Part shown: positions 12,141 through 22,546 of the stretch, piece by piece
Numbering within the stretch: position 1 is the first letter of the stretch
Layout: each line of letters opens with the position of its first letter
DNA from: Phycicoccus sp.
Lineage (GTDB): Bacteria; Actinomycetota; Actinomycetes; Actinomycetales; Dermatophilaceae
DNA length: 64,000 nucleotides
Direction of reading: 5' to 3'
Assembly (NCBI GenBank): GCA_012927555.1
Contig: JABBOX010000232.1
Span: 7,886 to 71,885 of the forward strand
Position numbers and translations under genes: made by a program
Notes under the pieces: model-generated
The model's database searches: none
What the model was told of the DNA's origin: nothing
The model's input: only the letters and a program-made list of their open reading frames with translations

Positions 12141-13745
12141 GTGAGCCGGCAGGTCAGGATCGTTACCTACGCGAGGGTCTCGACAGCCGAGCAGGTCGAG
12201 AAGGGCACATCGTTGTCGGACCAGAGGCGCCGGCTGGCCGCAGCTGTTACGTCCCGAGCCGCAGAGCTGGTTGAACACTTTGACGATGCTGGTGTTTCAG
12301 GCGTACTTGATTCCCGACCGGGCCTTGACAGGCTGCTGGCGAGAGTCGAGGCCGGAGGTGTGGATGCCGTCATGGCCACCAAGATCGATCGGATCTCTCG
12401 GTCGGCGGTTGGCCTCCTCAATCTTGTAGAGAAGCTGCGTGAACACGGGTGTCATGTCGTACTGATTGACGAAGGCCTCGACACCTCCACTCCCGCCGGC
12501 GATCTGACTTCTGGCGTGTTGGGCGTCATTGGGGGGTGGGAGCGGCGCCGCATATCGGAACGCACACAACAGGGCCGCCGCGCCGCTGCCCAGAATGAAG
12601 GACGATTTGTTTCCTCAACGCCACCGTTCGGATATCGAGTCGTATCAGCGCCAGCCAGGCGAGGCAAACTCTTGGTCAGAGACGACGCGCAGGCGGAGAC
12701 CATTCGGACCATCTTCCAACGACTGATCGTGGACGGCTCGAAGGCAAATACCGTTGTCGCAGAACTGAATTCGGCGGGAATGGCGCCAGCCCGTGCGTCT
12801 GCCTGGTCCGCTACCTCTCTGCGTCGCTGGGCTCTCCGGCAGCCGCCTCTGCGAGCGGCCTCCGGAATCTGGATCTTCGACGGCATCTCCGTCTCGATCC
12901 CAGCGATCCTCACCCAGGCGGAGTCGGCGCAATGGTTCGCATGGCAACAAGGCCGCAGGGGGCCGCAACAGCAGTCCCGGGGCCCTTACCTCTTGTCGGG
13001 CGTTCTCCGGATGCCGTGCGGCCGCGGGGCCATGGGGCGAACCGCTGGAACCCAGCGTCCTACCTACTCATGTCGCGACCACTACCTGCCGATCGCAGAT
13101 CCAAGCCGGCACGGGGCCTGCTTGAACGTCCCGGTCGACGTTGTCGACGGTGCCGTCATCGAACACGTGAGACAGGTACTTGCGGCGCCGGAGGTGCTGC
13201 AACAAGCTGCCGAGCGCTACCTGTTGGGTCCAACCCAACCGGAAGGTGGGTCGGTTGCACTCGAAGCCCAACTACTGGACCTTGACGGACAAATCACCGC
13301 CGACTCGGCCGCACTGCGAGCCGAAGGTCTGAGTGGTCGCGCACTCGGCGCCGCTCTGGTGCCTCTCCATCGTCAACAGCAGGACATAGTCCGAGAGCTC
13401 CGCTCGCTTCACCGTCGTGCCGCCACAGCTGCGCACGTTCGCAATGACGTCCAACTCGCCCGGTTCGTCGCTACAGCCCGACAGGCATTGAGCGAAGACA
13501 CTGTCAGCACGTGGCGCCCCTTGCTGAGCATCCTCCACGCAATCGTCACTATTGACGGCTACACCGCATGCACGCATTGTCACGGGACCGGATTTCTGGG
13601 CCTTGGCTCAGGCGATGGTCGGCGTTGGCCGCTTCGTTGTCCCACATGTCTTAAGGGTCAGACCCCCGATCTCACCGTCGAGCTGGACAACGTCACGGCG
13701 TTCGTTATCGCCGACCGGATTGTCAAGGTGACGGGCCCCAAATGA
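12141..13745 (+). CDS. Large serine recombinase (integrase)
   Basis: Resolvase catalytic N-terminus IVTYARVSTAEQ, a recombinase domain (PPFGYRV), a Cys-containing zinc-ribbon-like region and a coiled-coil tail. The GTG at 12141 is preferred; the ATG at 11991 is possible. The track start at 11196 is rejected. Confidence 0.9.
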   Translation: MSRQVRIVTYARVSTAEQVEKGTSLSDQRRRLAAAVTSRAAELVEHFDDAGVSGVLDSRPGLDRLLARVEAGGVDAVMATKIDRISRSAVGLLNLVEKLREHGCHVVLIDEGLDTSTPAGDLTSGVLGVIGGWERRRISERTQQGRRAAAQNEGRFVSSTPPFGYRVVSAPARRGKLLVRDDAQAETIRTIFQRLIVDGSKANTVVAELNSAGMAPARASAWSATSLRRWALRQPPLRAASGIWIFDGISVSIPAILTQAESAQWFAWQQGRRGPQQQSRGPYLLSGVLRMPCGRGAMGRTAGTQRPTYSCRDHYLPIADPSRHGACLNVPVDVVDGAVIEHVRQVLAAPEVLQQAAERYLLGPTQPEGGSVALEAQLLDLDGQITADSAALRAEGLSGRALGAALVPLHRQQQDIVRELRSLHRRAATAAHVRNDVQLARFVATARQALSEDTVSTWRPLLSILHAIVTIDGYTACTHCHGTGFLGLGSGDGRRWPLRCPTCLKGQTPDLTVELDNVTAFVIADRIVKVTGPK

Positions 13746-14076
13746 CGCCATCTTGCGACCCTTGCGTTGGGGGCGCCAAGGGCCGGTGTCGCTTTCTCAC
13801 CGAACGGCAGCCGTGAGGTTGACCCCGAGGGGCCCCCGGGGTGCAGTTGGCAACTGGAGATTGCGATCTAGGCTGGCGGCGGACATCCCTTTGGTTGGCT
13901 GCGGGGGCCGCGGCGCGGCTGGCGGTGATCAGGGCGCGGCGCCCCATGGGGCTTGGATGAGGATGATCCGGTTGGCCAAGGCGCGGGGTTGAGATCCACG
14001 GTGGGTCGAGACTGGACACGCCCGCTAGCCCGGCGTCGCGGGTCGCACGCTCCTGTGGGGCGCGCGCTGGTCCGGT

Positions 14077-14316
14077 GAGGGCCCCCCGTTCCTGACATCT
14101 CGCGGGCAGCAGGTGTGACCAGTCCACCCCCAGATGCTGGGCCAGCGCTGAAGCGATGGTGTCGGCGTGCGCCGGGGCAGCCGTGGCCACGCGATGGCCC
14201 GGCTGCTCAGCTTCGCCCGCGGCGCGATCAGTTCGGGGCCCCTCGCAGAGCGTCCCCCGCTCACAGGCCCTCTCCGGGCACCGCCGGACTCGCGCGCGCC
14301 ACCGGATCACACTCAT
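14077..14316 (-). pseudogene. ISL3-family transposase N-terminal fragment
   Basis: RWRARVRRCPERACERGT (zf-ISL3-like) and TIASALAQHLGVDWSHL (HTH-like) are followed by out-of-frame-looking Pro/Arg-rich sequence. There is no DDE domain. Confidence 0.4.
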
Positions 14317-14659
14317 TCGGCAGCCGAAGCACGGCGGGTCGATAGCTCATGCGGCCGGCATCGTGGGCGACCGCTCAATTCGATTGATTCCCAACATGTT
14401 TCGCGCACGACTCTCAGCACGGGGCGCATGAGAGCGCTTGCGCGGCGGCCGCCATGGCAATTGCTGTGTCGCCGTCTATGAGCCAGCCGATGCCGACGAA
14501 GACCCTGCTTCTGACAATGAGCGTGATCTCTTCGTCGCCGAAGTCACAAGTACTGGGCTGCGCCAGTGGCGACGGAGAGGAAAGTTGGGTCCTTGCACAC
14601 GAAGCGCAGGCAAGGCAGCAGGCATCGCGCGCGCTTCGCTCGAGACCGCCCAATGAGGA

Positions 14660-15088
14660 TCACCGTCCCATCCGAGTCGGCCCGGGGGCGAGAGCGAGCG
14701 CCCTTCGAGCAAGGGCGGCCACTCGCTCCACCAAACCATCGCTATCAAGATTGTGGAGCTCCTGGGTGACGACGGCGAGAGTGTGGGCCGCCTGCTCGAG
14801 TGCGGCCGCGACGTCGATTCCGGGCAGGGCTGCGGTGGGCGCTGCGCTTTGACCGAGCGCGTGGAGGATGTCGCGCTGGGCGAGATATGCCTCGGTGCCT
14901 ATGCGGTGCAAATCCCACCTTGCCGGTGATGGGATGTCGTTTGTCCACGCGGCCTCGGCGACGGAGTTGAGCAAGTTTGCCGTCTCCCTCAACAGTCGAC
15001 TGCTCTGTGTTTCGGGGCTGATCATCGCCATTTCACCTTCCGTCTCTTCGGCCGAGCAGCTTGTACTGCTCGTCCTTGCCATCGCCAA
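14660..15088 (-). CDS. Hypothetical helical protein
   Basis: 142-aa ORF (alternative start at 15031), last gene of a three-gene minus-strand block. No recognisable motif. Confidence 0.4.
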   Translation of the reverse strand: MAMARTSSTSCSAEETEGEMAMISPETQSSRLLRETANLLNSVAEAAWTNDIPSPARWDLHRIGTEAYLAQRDILHALGQSAAPTAALPGIDVAAALEQAAHTLAVVTQELHNLDSDGLVERVAALARRALALAPGPTRMGR

Positions 15089-15133
15089 GGAGCGGGCAGG
15101 CTCTCTTGGCGGTCATTGAGGTGTGACGTAGCG

Positions 15134-16591
15134 CTATGGCCGGGCAACCCGGGGTGAAACCTGAGCCATGGGCGTGAGGGCCTCGTGTCGGCGGCTGCGA
15201 GGTGCGGTCGCTTCCTGCCCGGATCCGGTGGGTCTGTCTTGGGTGGCTCGGTCGAGACAGGAGGCAGCTGACATGGCGTTGCTGGCGGTCTGCACGAGGG
15301 TGTCGGTGGCATCAACGAGTCCGGCGCGGACCGGTTCGGGGATGGTCACGGTGCGGTTGGCGTAGACATCGCCGGGGGTAACCCAAACAACGTCTTCGCC
15401 GCGGTGACCGCGCTCGGTAGCGCGGTCGATGTCGGCGTTGGCCCGGTGGGACATCGCGCGGGCCGGGCCGGTGAGGTTGGCGTCCTGGGCGGCGACGTCG
15501 CGGATCACGCAGGCGACGTCGACGGCGGCGGACAGGGCCTGTTGGAGGTGCTGGGCGGCTTCGCCCAGGTCGACGCGGCCGGCCATGACATCTGGCCGAG
15601 CCCAGGTGGTCTTGTCGTGGGCGACCTCGCGGACAGCGGCGCGCAGCTCGCCTGCTGCGTGGACCAGGTCCAGGTCGGTGCGGTCGGCGGGGCTGGTCAT
15701 CTCGGCCCACCGGTCGGCGACGTGGGTCCAGGCCTCCTGCGTGGCGTCGAGGCTGGGGGCAAGGCGGTGCTGGTAGGCGTGCGTGTCGACGTGGCCGGTG
15801 CGGGCGCCGGCGTGCAGGATCGCGCCTGCGGCGGTGGCGATGCCAGCCTGGGTCCGTGCGGTCAGCAGCAGGTTGGGAGCGGTGGGGGTGGCGGCCAGCG
15901 TGCGGTGGGCTTGGATGTCCCAGCCGATGAGGGCCTGCTGGAGCCGTTCACTGCCGTAGGGTCCGCGCACATGTTCGCCCTGGGCGGCACGGGCGAACCG
16001 GTTACCGACGTAGGCGCCCGCGAGCTGCTCGAACGCGGCCAGCCTGCTGATGGCGTCCTGCCCTCGGGGCACGCCGCGGCTCTCCCTACTGGATTTCCCG
16101 CGAGTGGACAGTTCCACGTCGGCCACGTGCTCTCGTGCCGCGACACCGACGCCGTGGGCGCCGACGTAGAGGGTGTGCATGATCCGCATGCGGGCGGCGT
16201 CAAGGTCTGCGCGGACCGCAGTGTCCGTCGGTCGGATGTGGCCACCTCGGCGGCCGATGAGGTCAGCTGCTCGGGTGAGCGTCTCGGCGACGTGGAGCAG
16301 CCGCTCGTCGGCGGGGCCGTCGCCAGGCCAGCCCCGCCGGACCTGGGTGCGGTGCATCCCCAAGCTCATCGCCTCGAGTCGCGCCATGGTGACACCGTCG
16401 ATAGGGCCTGTGCCTCCATGGACGGGCTGCGGGAGGGAAGCCCAGAGTTCGGAGGCGGACTGGACGACCTCGCCCCAGGTGCGCAGCATCGCCGGCGCGT
16501 CCTGCCCGGTGACGTCCATGAGGACCTGGCGGGTGCTGAAGTCGGCATCCAGCAGCAGCTCGCCGACGCTGCGCTCGTCCTGGGCGTTCAC
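15134..16591 (-). CDS. Hypothetical 485-aa protein, predicted all-helical
   Basis: Long ORF with balanced composition, unlike the Gly/Val/Asp-rich antisense ORF 15404..17062. GTGA start/stop overlap with the upstream gene. No recognisable domain. Confidence 0.55.
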   Translation of the reverse strand: MNAQDERSVGELLLDADFSTRQVLMDVTGQDAPAMLRTWGEVVQSASELWASLPQPVHGGTGPIDGVTMARLEAMSLGMHRTQVRRGWPGDGPADERLLHVAETLTRAADLIGRRGGHIRPTDTAVRADLDAARMRIMHTLYVGAHGVGVAAREHVADVELSTRGKSSRESRGVPRGQDAISRLAAFEQLAGAYVGNRFARAAQGEHVRGPYGSERLQQALIGWDIQAHRTLAATPTAPNLLLTARTQAGIATAAGAILHAGARTGHVDTHAYQHRLAPSLDATQEAWTHVADRWAEMTSPADRTDLDLVHAAGELRAAVREVAHDKTTWARPDVMAGRVDLGEAAQHLQQALSAAVDVACVIRDVAAQDANLTGPARAMSHRANADIDRATERGHRGEDVVWVTPGDVYANRTVTIPEPVRAGLVDATDTLVQTASNAMSAASCLDRATQDRPTGSGQEATAPRSRRHEALTPMAQVSPRVARP

Positions 16592-16932
16592 GGCGTCGCC
16601 TCACGCACGAGGTCGCAGATGGCCACGACCAGCGGCGAGATCCCGGCCGTCTGGTCCAGGACTGGGATGCTTCGGGTCAGTTCCTCGGCGGCGCGCAGCA
16701 GTTGCGCGACGTCGTCCTGCGCCGGGGGGTGCCCCTTCAGGTCGGCGTCGGCCGGCAGCATGGCCACCGCTTGGCATGAAGCGGTGTGGATCCCAAGGCC
16801 CAGCAGATGCAGATGCGACCGGGGCCCGTCGGCCTCGGCCTGCGCCCACGCGCGGACCGCTGCGTGGCGCAGCAGCCGCGCGACCGCGGCCAGGGTGTCA
16901 CTCGCGTCCTGGTCGATCGTGTCGTTCGCCAT
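16588..16932 (-). CDS. Hypothetical protein
   Basis: 114-aa reading from the ATG at 16932 (MANDTIDQ...), translationally coupled to the 485-aa ORF. Confidence 0.45.
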   Translation of the reverse strand: MANDTIDQDASDTLAAVARLLRHAAVRAWAQAEADGPRSHLHLLGLGIHTASCQAVAMLPADADLKGHPPAQDDVAQLLRAAEELTRSIPVLDQTAGISPLVVAICDLVREATP

Positions 16933-17160
16933 CACAGGTCCAGCTCCTTGTCTCGTGCGGGTCGTTCCTGCCCATCCAGCCATCCGCGCCGGTCTTGGTG
17001 CCGGCCTCGGTCGGCGGCTGTGGATAACTCGCCGCCGTGTCAGAGGTTGGGGCCAGACTTGACCTCGAAGCCCCTAAGGTCGGGTCCGGCCGCTGGCGGC
17101 CACCAGCCGCCCTAATCGAGACAATCGCACTAGTGGCTTCACTGAAGGAGGTGGAGGGCG

Positions 17161-18027
17161 ATGGCACGTTCACCGGGTATGGCGCAGGCGCTGGCCCGGT
17201 CGCCGGGTCTGCTCATTAGCACCGTGCTGACGTGCATGGTCGGTGCCCTGCTCCCGCCGTTGCCGGGCTTGACGCTCTTCGTCGGCGGCCTGGCACTGAC
17301 GGCCGTGCTGTGCGCGGGCGGCCTGGAGCGGCCGGCGGTCCGGCTGCTGGGCGGTGCTCGGGTCTTGAGCGAGGAGGAGGCTGCGGAGCTGGCGCCGGCG
17401 ATCGCACTGCTGTGCCAGAAGGGCCTCGGCCCGCCAGCGGTCGAGCTCTACGCGCGCGACGGCGAGGTGGGGATCAGCGCCGGCGCAGCAGGGCGGCGCA
17501 GCGTCGTGGTGTCTGCCGGGCTCCTGCAGGCCGCCCAGATGGGGCAGCTGCCGGCCGACCAGGCGGCCGGCGTGATCGCCGCGGCGGTCGGATGGATTCG
17601 CCTGGGCCAGACCAGATTCGACGTCGCAGTCGAGCTCTGGACGATTCCGTGGCATCTGGTGCGCGCGGTTGCCCTGGCGATCGCAAAGACGGTCGGCTGG
17701 CTCCCGCTGACCCAATTCGCCTGGCAGATCCGGTTCGTAGTGGCCGCGGTCGCGGTGGCGCAGTCCGTCGCCGACGGCCGGATCGCGGCAGGAGCGGTGG
17801 TGGCCGCCTTCATCGCCCTGACGTACCTGGCCCCACGTTGGCAGAGCCAGTGGGACATGCGCTCACAAGACGACTCCGACCGATTCGTGACCGACCACGA
17901 GCTCGGGGACCCGCTCGCCCGGTTCCTTCGCCGGTGCCCGCCCGAGCCGCGGACACTCCAGCGCATCCACCGCCTGACCGGTCCCCTCGCCCGCCCGTCT
18001 CTTGCTCTGGTGGTCAGCGAACCGTGA
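17161..18027 (+). CDS. Membrane protein, M48-peptidase-like with catalytic motif lost
   Basis: Several TM helices. VVVSAGLL...AAGVIAAAVGWIRLG aligns by eye with the M48 pattern VVtdGLL...aVlAHElgHi, but H, E and H are replaced by A, A and W. Confidence 0.45.
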   Translation: MARSPGMAQALARSPGLLISTVLTCMVGALLPPLPGLTLFVGGLALTAVLCAGGLERPAVRLLGGARVLSEEEAAELAPAIALLCQKGLGPPAVELYARDGEVGISAGAAGRRSVVVSAGLLQAAQMGQLPADQAAGVIAAAVGWIRLGQTRFDVAVELWTIPWHLVRAVALAIAKTVGWLPLTQFAWQIRFVVAAVAVAQSVADGRIAAGAVVAAFIALTYLAPRWQSQWDMRSQDDSDRFVTDHELGDPLARFLRRCPPEPRTLQRIHRLTGPLARPSLALVVSEP

Positions 18028-18061
18028 GCCTGGTGCGCTCACCTTCCCCCAGAATGGGGTC

Positions 18062-18307
18062 ATGGCCTATCCGTCTCGGCCCGTCCTTGAGGTGCTGCCA
18101 CAGTTCCGCGGCACCGCGTTGGTGCGCCAGAATACGGATCAGAGGCGGCGGCTGATCGAGTTCGTGGCTCTCGAGTACCAGCGCGGCCGGTCGTTGAGGG
18201 AGCTGGCTGAGCTGACAGGGCGGACCCAGGCTGCGGTGCGGCGGGCTCTCGACCAGGCGGGCGTGGCCCGTCGAGGCCGAGGGGCGCAGCCCATCAGATA
18301 TTCGTGA
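18062..18307 (+). CDS. Small helix-turn-helix protein
   Basis: 81-aa reading from an internal ATG. RSLRELAELTGRTQAAVRRAL resembles a sigma-70 region 4 / HTH motif. Confidence 0.5.
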   Translation: MAYPSRPVLEVLPQFRGTALVRQNTDQRRRLIEFVALEYQRGRSLRELAELTGRTQAAVRRALDQAGVARRGRGAQPIRYS

Positions 18308-18687
18308 GGCAACCGGTTGCGCGGCGCAGCCTCTAGATCGGTTAGGCGATCCGTCGGCACGACCGCGTCTGACCAGCCGTGAGGAGGCTCAGCGCATGGG
18401 CTCGAACCAGGACTTCAATCCTTCTGGCCGGTAACTGCCTGCCAGATTGCGTTCGGCCCCCGGGTGCTTCACGCGCCGACCGATGATGAGCGCAACTCGT
18501 GCAGCCACCCTTCCTCAAGCAACAGGTCGTCACGACGACCACGGGCCGGCGGCTCATGCTCACCGGCACGGCCTCCCGCCACCGTGTGGTATCAAGAGCA
18601 CCTGATCAACCACACCGCCCTGCACCGGTCGCCATTTCCAGTGCCGCCGCGGCCAGGGCCAGCCCTCCCGGAATGGCGGCGGGTGAA

Positions 18688-19896
18688 TCACAAGACGACT
18701 TCGGCAGACTCAGGTTGGAGGATCTTGTCGAGCAGCGCGGCCACCTGCGACTCGATGTCTGTCACGTCCTGCCCCAGGTCGATACGGTGAATCACGAGGC
18801 TCACCTGAGTCCCGGTGATGTCGAACGGCTCCGGACGGGGCTCTCCCGCCGCGTAGATGAGATGCCCCCTCGACAGGCCCAGCCGCCCGCAGTAGGTCAC
18901 GAGTTGGTAGGCGTCGTCGTTGGAGATCTTGCCCCGGTCGCCGAGCAGCTTGTACTTGGTGTCCGCGACCGCGATCGGGTCGCCGTCAAGGTCGTTGAAG
19001 ACGAGGTCAGGCTTGATCGACAAAAGGCCGCCAAGTCCGTCCAGGTCGAAGGTCTTCTGTGAGACCAGGTCTGGGTACCTCTCCCAGAGCAGCCGGGCCA
19101 CGAGCTTCTCGAACAGCCATGCCAGGTTGATGACGAAACCGTGGGTCTGTGTCGGGCCGGCCGCATGTTCGACGCTGGTGTGTGCGATCACCAGGTCGGC
19201 CAGGTGCAGCAGCCGATGAAGGCGGACGTTGAGCCGGGTGGGCGTCCACCCGGCAAGAGGAGCCCCGCGCGGGCCCACCCACACCTCGGAGAGCAGCCGG
19301 TCGAGGCGCATCAAGCCGACGCGAGCTCGCAGCGGCACCTCGGACAGCTCCAGTAGACGCTGGGAAGCGGCGCGGATGCGACGGTTCTCGTCGGTGTCCA
19401 GCGTCCACTCATCGAAGGTCACCTCGAGGGGTGAGAGCACGCCGTGCCGGCGCAGGTACTGGTCCCGCAAACGCAGCCGACCACGCAGTACGGGAAGGGT
19501 CTGGTCCTCGGTGCGGTATCCACGCAGCGGACCGCCGGCCATCGCACGGTCGACCTCAAGCGCGAACAGCACCGCCAGCACGGCCGACAGATCCGCGTCG
19601 TGTCCGAGCTCGACTGTGCTTGGGTCGATCGTCAACCCCGCCACCCCGTACGCCCGGGCCAGCAGCGTCAGGACCTTGACCACCCCAACCTTGGGAGTGA
19701 CCCGTACGACGAAGTCGCCGATCCGAACGACGCCCACGGTGTACGCCGCGGTGACGCGCCATCCATCGCCCTCCGGCTGAGCCGTGACAAGCTTGCTCCG
19801 GTTTAGCTCTGCGGCCTGGGCCAGCGTCAGCGCGACGGGGTAGACGCTTTGCCCCTCGTCGAGGGCATCTAGCTCACTCCGAGACACCGGCGTCAC
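18688..19896 (-). CDS. mcrC: McrC-like restriction endonuclease subunit
   Basis: 402-aa ORF with the PD-(D/E)xK-like segment IKPDLVFNDLDGDPIAVADTKYK. It overlaps the McrB stop by 23 bp. Confidence 0.85.
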   Translation of the reverse strand: MTPVSRSELDALDEGQSVYPVALTLAQAAELNRSKLVTAQPEGDGWRVTAAYTVGVVRIGDFVVRVTPKVGVVKVLTLLARAYGVAGLTIDPSTVELGHDADLSAVLAVLFALEVDRAMAGGPLRGYRTEDQTLPVLRGRLRLRDQYLRRHGVLSPLEVTFDEWTLDTDENRRIRAASQRLLELSEVPLRARVGLMRLDRLLSEVWVGPRGAPLAGWTPTRLNVRLHRLLHLADLVIAHTSVEHAAGPTQTHGFVINLAWLFEKLVARLLWERYPDLVSQKTFDLDGLGGLLSIKPDLVFNDLDGDPIAVADTKYKLLGDRGKISNDDAYQLVTYCGRLGLSRGHLIYAAGEPRPEPFDITGTQVSLVIHRIDLGQDVTDIESQVAALLDKILQPESAEVVL

Positions 19897-22546
19897 CCGG
19901 CGCAGCGATCAGGTCGAACTCCATGCACCACTTCTGGAACGGATACCAGCCGTCCACCTTGTCGTGGTCGCCATAGTGATGCTCAAGCAGCATGGGGCGA
20001 AGTTCCCTCCGCCACAGCCGCCCGAGGGCGTCGGGTTCGTTCAGCCCGGCGCGCATGAAGTACGACGGCCCGAAGGCCAGAGCTACTTCCAGTCCACGAT
20101 CGTCCATCTCCCTGTTGATGCGGTCCCGCAGCTGGGCCAGACCCGCGGGTTGCCCATTGGCATCACTCCAAGCCTTCAGTACCCCGGTCAGCGACGGTTC
20201 GGCGGTGTCCATGGACAGGAACACGAAGCGCCGGCGTAGCGCGGCGTCCAGCAGCGCGATGGACCGGTCGGCCGTGTTCATCGTTCCGATGATGAACAGG
20301 TTCTCGGGCAGGCTGAACCGCTCGCCGGCGCTGTAGAGGAGCTCGATCTCGTTCTTTCGGTACTCCAGGAGGAAGTACAGCTCCCCGAACACCTTTGCAA
20401 TGTTGGCTCTGTTGATCTCGTCGATGACCAGTACGAACGGCTTGCTGGGCGCGTTCCTGGCCTCGTCTGCGAGGCGCTTCAGTGGCCCGGGCACGACGGT
20501 CAACGCTACGCCGGATCCACTGTCGATGGCGGTCGGCCGGAAGCCCTCGACGAAGTCCTCGTAGGAGTAGGTGGGGTGGAACTGCACGAGTGCGGACTGG
20601 CTCTCGACCACCCCGCAGGCCTCCAGCAGTTTCAGGACCAGGTAGGTCTTGCCGGTTCCCGGCGGGCCTTCCAGCACGACCTGTTTGCGCTCGTTGAGGC
20701 TGATCAACAGCTCGTGCAACCAGACCGCGTCGCCGTGGAACAGCTCTGTGGCGAGCTTCCGTTCGTCGCAGGACAGGACTGCCGGAGGAACCGGGACGAC
20801 GAGGACCTCTGTCTCTGCCTGGATCAACCTGTCCACGTTGACGGCCTTGACATCCTCACCGTCGTAGATTTCCCCGTCGACCTCCTGGAGTGGCTCCAGC
20901 GCAGCAAGGATGTCGGTGAGGTCGACGACGTCCTCGCCCTTGAACCGCACCCTCGGGCGCACATCCGGCGGAAGGTCCTTCACGGCCGGAGCGGCATCCG
21001 CCACCCAGGCGACGGGACGAGTCAGAAGCGTCAATCCGCCGATGTGTTCGAGGACCGCCGGCTCGTCCTTCAACCGGCCCAGGCGTAGTTCGTCACCATC
21101 GACGGTGACAACCAGGTCATCGGGCTGCATGCCCAAGACGAAGGCGAGCACGTCGCGCCTTTTCGCCTCCCGCTTGACCACCTGCAGATCGGCGTAACGG
21201 TCGTCGACCATGCTGCTGAGCGCGTCCTGCGTTAGGTGGGCTGGCAGTTGCGTGAACCGACCGACGGTCAAAGTGACCCGGCCTTGCTGTACCCAGAGGG
21301 GCACGCGGTTTTGCTGGTCAAGCTCGCCACGTACCAGCCACGCCCGCGCGGACCCGGGGTCCTGGCTCCATTGTTGAAGGAGCGGCGCGGCGTCGTATCG
21401 GACCGCCTTGCCGCCCTGCTCTTGCTGCAGAGCGACCGTGATCGCCTTCAGGTCCTTTTCAACATCTGAGGTCGTCGCCGGCGCCGTGTTCTGGAACGCC
21501 TCGACGACCCGCTCACGATCCGCCCTACGCAGCAGCGTGGTGAACGAGCCTGGATGGGCGAGGACGCACATAAGGGACGCCACCCGGTCATCAACGCCGT
21601 CGGCCCCGGAGACCAGGTCCCGGAACAGCCAGGGGTCTTCCCACGCCTGGGCCCGTTGCTCGGCCGGTTGCGCCCACCAGTGCTGCAGCATTGTTGCGAA
21701 CCAGCGCAGCAACGACGGAGGGTCGGCGATGAGCGCCCTCCCGCCGTGGACGAAACCCTGTTCAAGGTCCGCCGAGAGCAACCATGGCAGCCCAGGGGGT
21801 TCCTCCCCCAACATCAACGGGCTGCGCACCCTGCTCCGCTTGGTGGAGCCGTTCATGTCGCTGAACGGTCCGACCAGCAGCACGAAGGCCTCTGCAGCGA
21901 GAAGCCGGGCAGGCTGGTTGTCAAGACCAGGCAGCGTCCCGGGCGTGGGTTGCGGGGCGGTGGCCAGGTAGTCGACGAGGTGCGTCGTCGACTCGGCGTT
22001 CCAGACGGAGGTGCCGGGCAGGAATGCCGAGTCACCCGAGCGCCAGGCTTGGAGCACAGGCGCCACGGCCCGTATTGCATGAGCCGCCCCGGAGCCGGCG
22101 TGCAACACCTCGTGAGCGGGGTCGAGCGTGAGGTCAGCAAGCTGCTCTTTGCGAGCGGCGTCCCACGTCCAGTACGCCGCCACACCCTCGTCGTACATCT
22201 TCATCGGATCCGGGTAGGTGGCCAGGGCAGCCCGCCCCTCCTTCGTGAGCCGGTACCCACCCTCTGACGTGATGTGCACCCAGCCGGCGTGCTCGTACGT
22301 GGTCGTCAGGTTCCAACCGAGGTTCGTCCAGGCGCGCACCGCGCCGCTTGACGTGGTGGAAGCGTCATAGTCGTTGAGCGGCACCCGTTGCGCGGTGAGC
22401 TCCTGCAGTTCCGCAGTTAGTGGCACGTCGTGCTCAGAGAGCACCTCCAGGGCGGCGCGAAGGCGCGCGCGGTACCGGGCGGTCCATTCCGCGTCTTGCA
22501 CCGGGCCGGGAGTGACGCTTGCATCCATCGTGGTGTCGACGCTCAC
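19874..22546 (-). CDS. mcrB: McrB-like AAA+ GTPase with ~550-aa N-terminal extension
   Basis: Walker A LEGPPGTGKT, VIDEINRANIAKVFGELYFLLEYR and IIGTMNTADRS...RRRF McrB signatures. The N-terminus contains a winged-helix-like segment, GWVHITSEGGYRLTKEGRAAL. Confidence 0.9.
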   Translation of the reverse strand: MSVDTTMDASVTPGPVQDAEWTARYRARLRAALEVLSEHDVPLTAELQELTAQRVPLNDYDASTTSSGAVRAWTNLGWNLTTTYEHAGWVHITSEGGYRLTKEGRAALATYPDPMKMYDEGVAAYWTWDAARKEQLADLTLDPAHEVLHAGSGAAHAIRAVAPVLQAWRSGDSAFLPGTSVWNAESTTHLVDYLATAPQPTPGTLPGLDNQPARLLAAEAFVLLVGPFSDMNGSTKRSRVRSPLMLGEEPPGLPWLLSADLEQGFVHGGRALIADPPSLLRWFATMLQHWWAQPAEQRAQAWEDPWLFRDLVSGADGVDDRVASLMCVLAHPGSFTTLLRRADRERVVEAFQNTAPATTSDVEKDLKAITVALQQEQGGKAVRYDAAPLLQQWSQDPGSARAWLVRGELDQQNRVPLWVQQGRVTLTVGRFTQLPAHLTQDALSSMVDDRYADLQVVKREAKRRDVLAFVLGMQPDDLVVTVDGDELRLGRLKDEPAVLEHIGGLTLLTRPVAWVADAAPAVKDLPPDVRPRVRFKGEDVVDLTDILAALEPLQEVDGEIYDGEDVKAVNVDRLIQAETEVLVVPVPPAVLSCDERKLATELFHGDAVWLHELLISLNERKQVVLEGPPGTGKTYLVLKLLEACGVVESQSALVQFHPTYSYEDFVEGFRPTAIDSGSGVALTVVPGPLKRLADEARNAPSKPFVLVIDEINRANIAKVFGELYFLLEYRKNEIELLYSAGERFSLPENLFIIGTMNTADRSIALLDAALRRRFVFLSMDTAEPSLTGVLKAWSDANGQPAGLAQLRDRINREMDDRGLEVALAFGPSYFMRAGLNEPDALGRLWRRELRPMLLEHHYGDHDKVDGWYPFQKWCMEFDLIAAPGDAGVSE

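Noticed and set aside
13750-14076. Several 70-100-aa ORFs between the recombinase and the ISL3 fragment
   Set aside because: They overlap one another on both strands and are Arg/Pro/Gly-rich with no motif. The region was treated as non-coding or degraded.
15404-17062. 552-aa + strand ORF
   Set aside because: Its Gly/Val/Asp/Ala-rich composition is typical of an antisense frame. The minus strand carries three tightly coupled ORFs with balanced composition.
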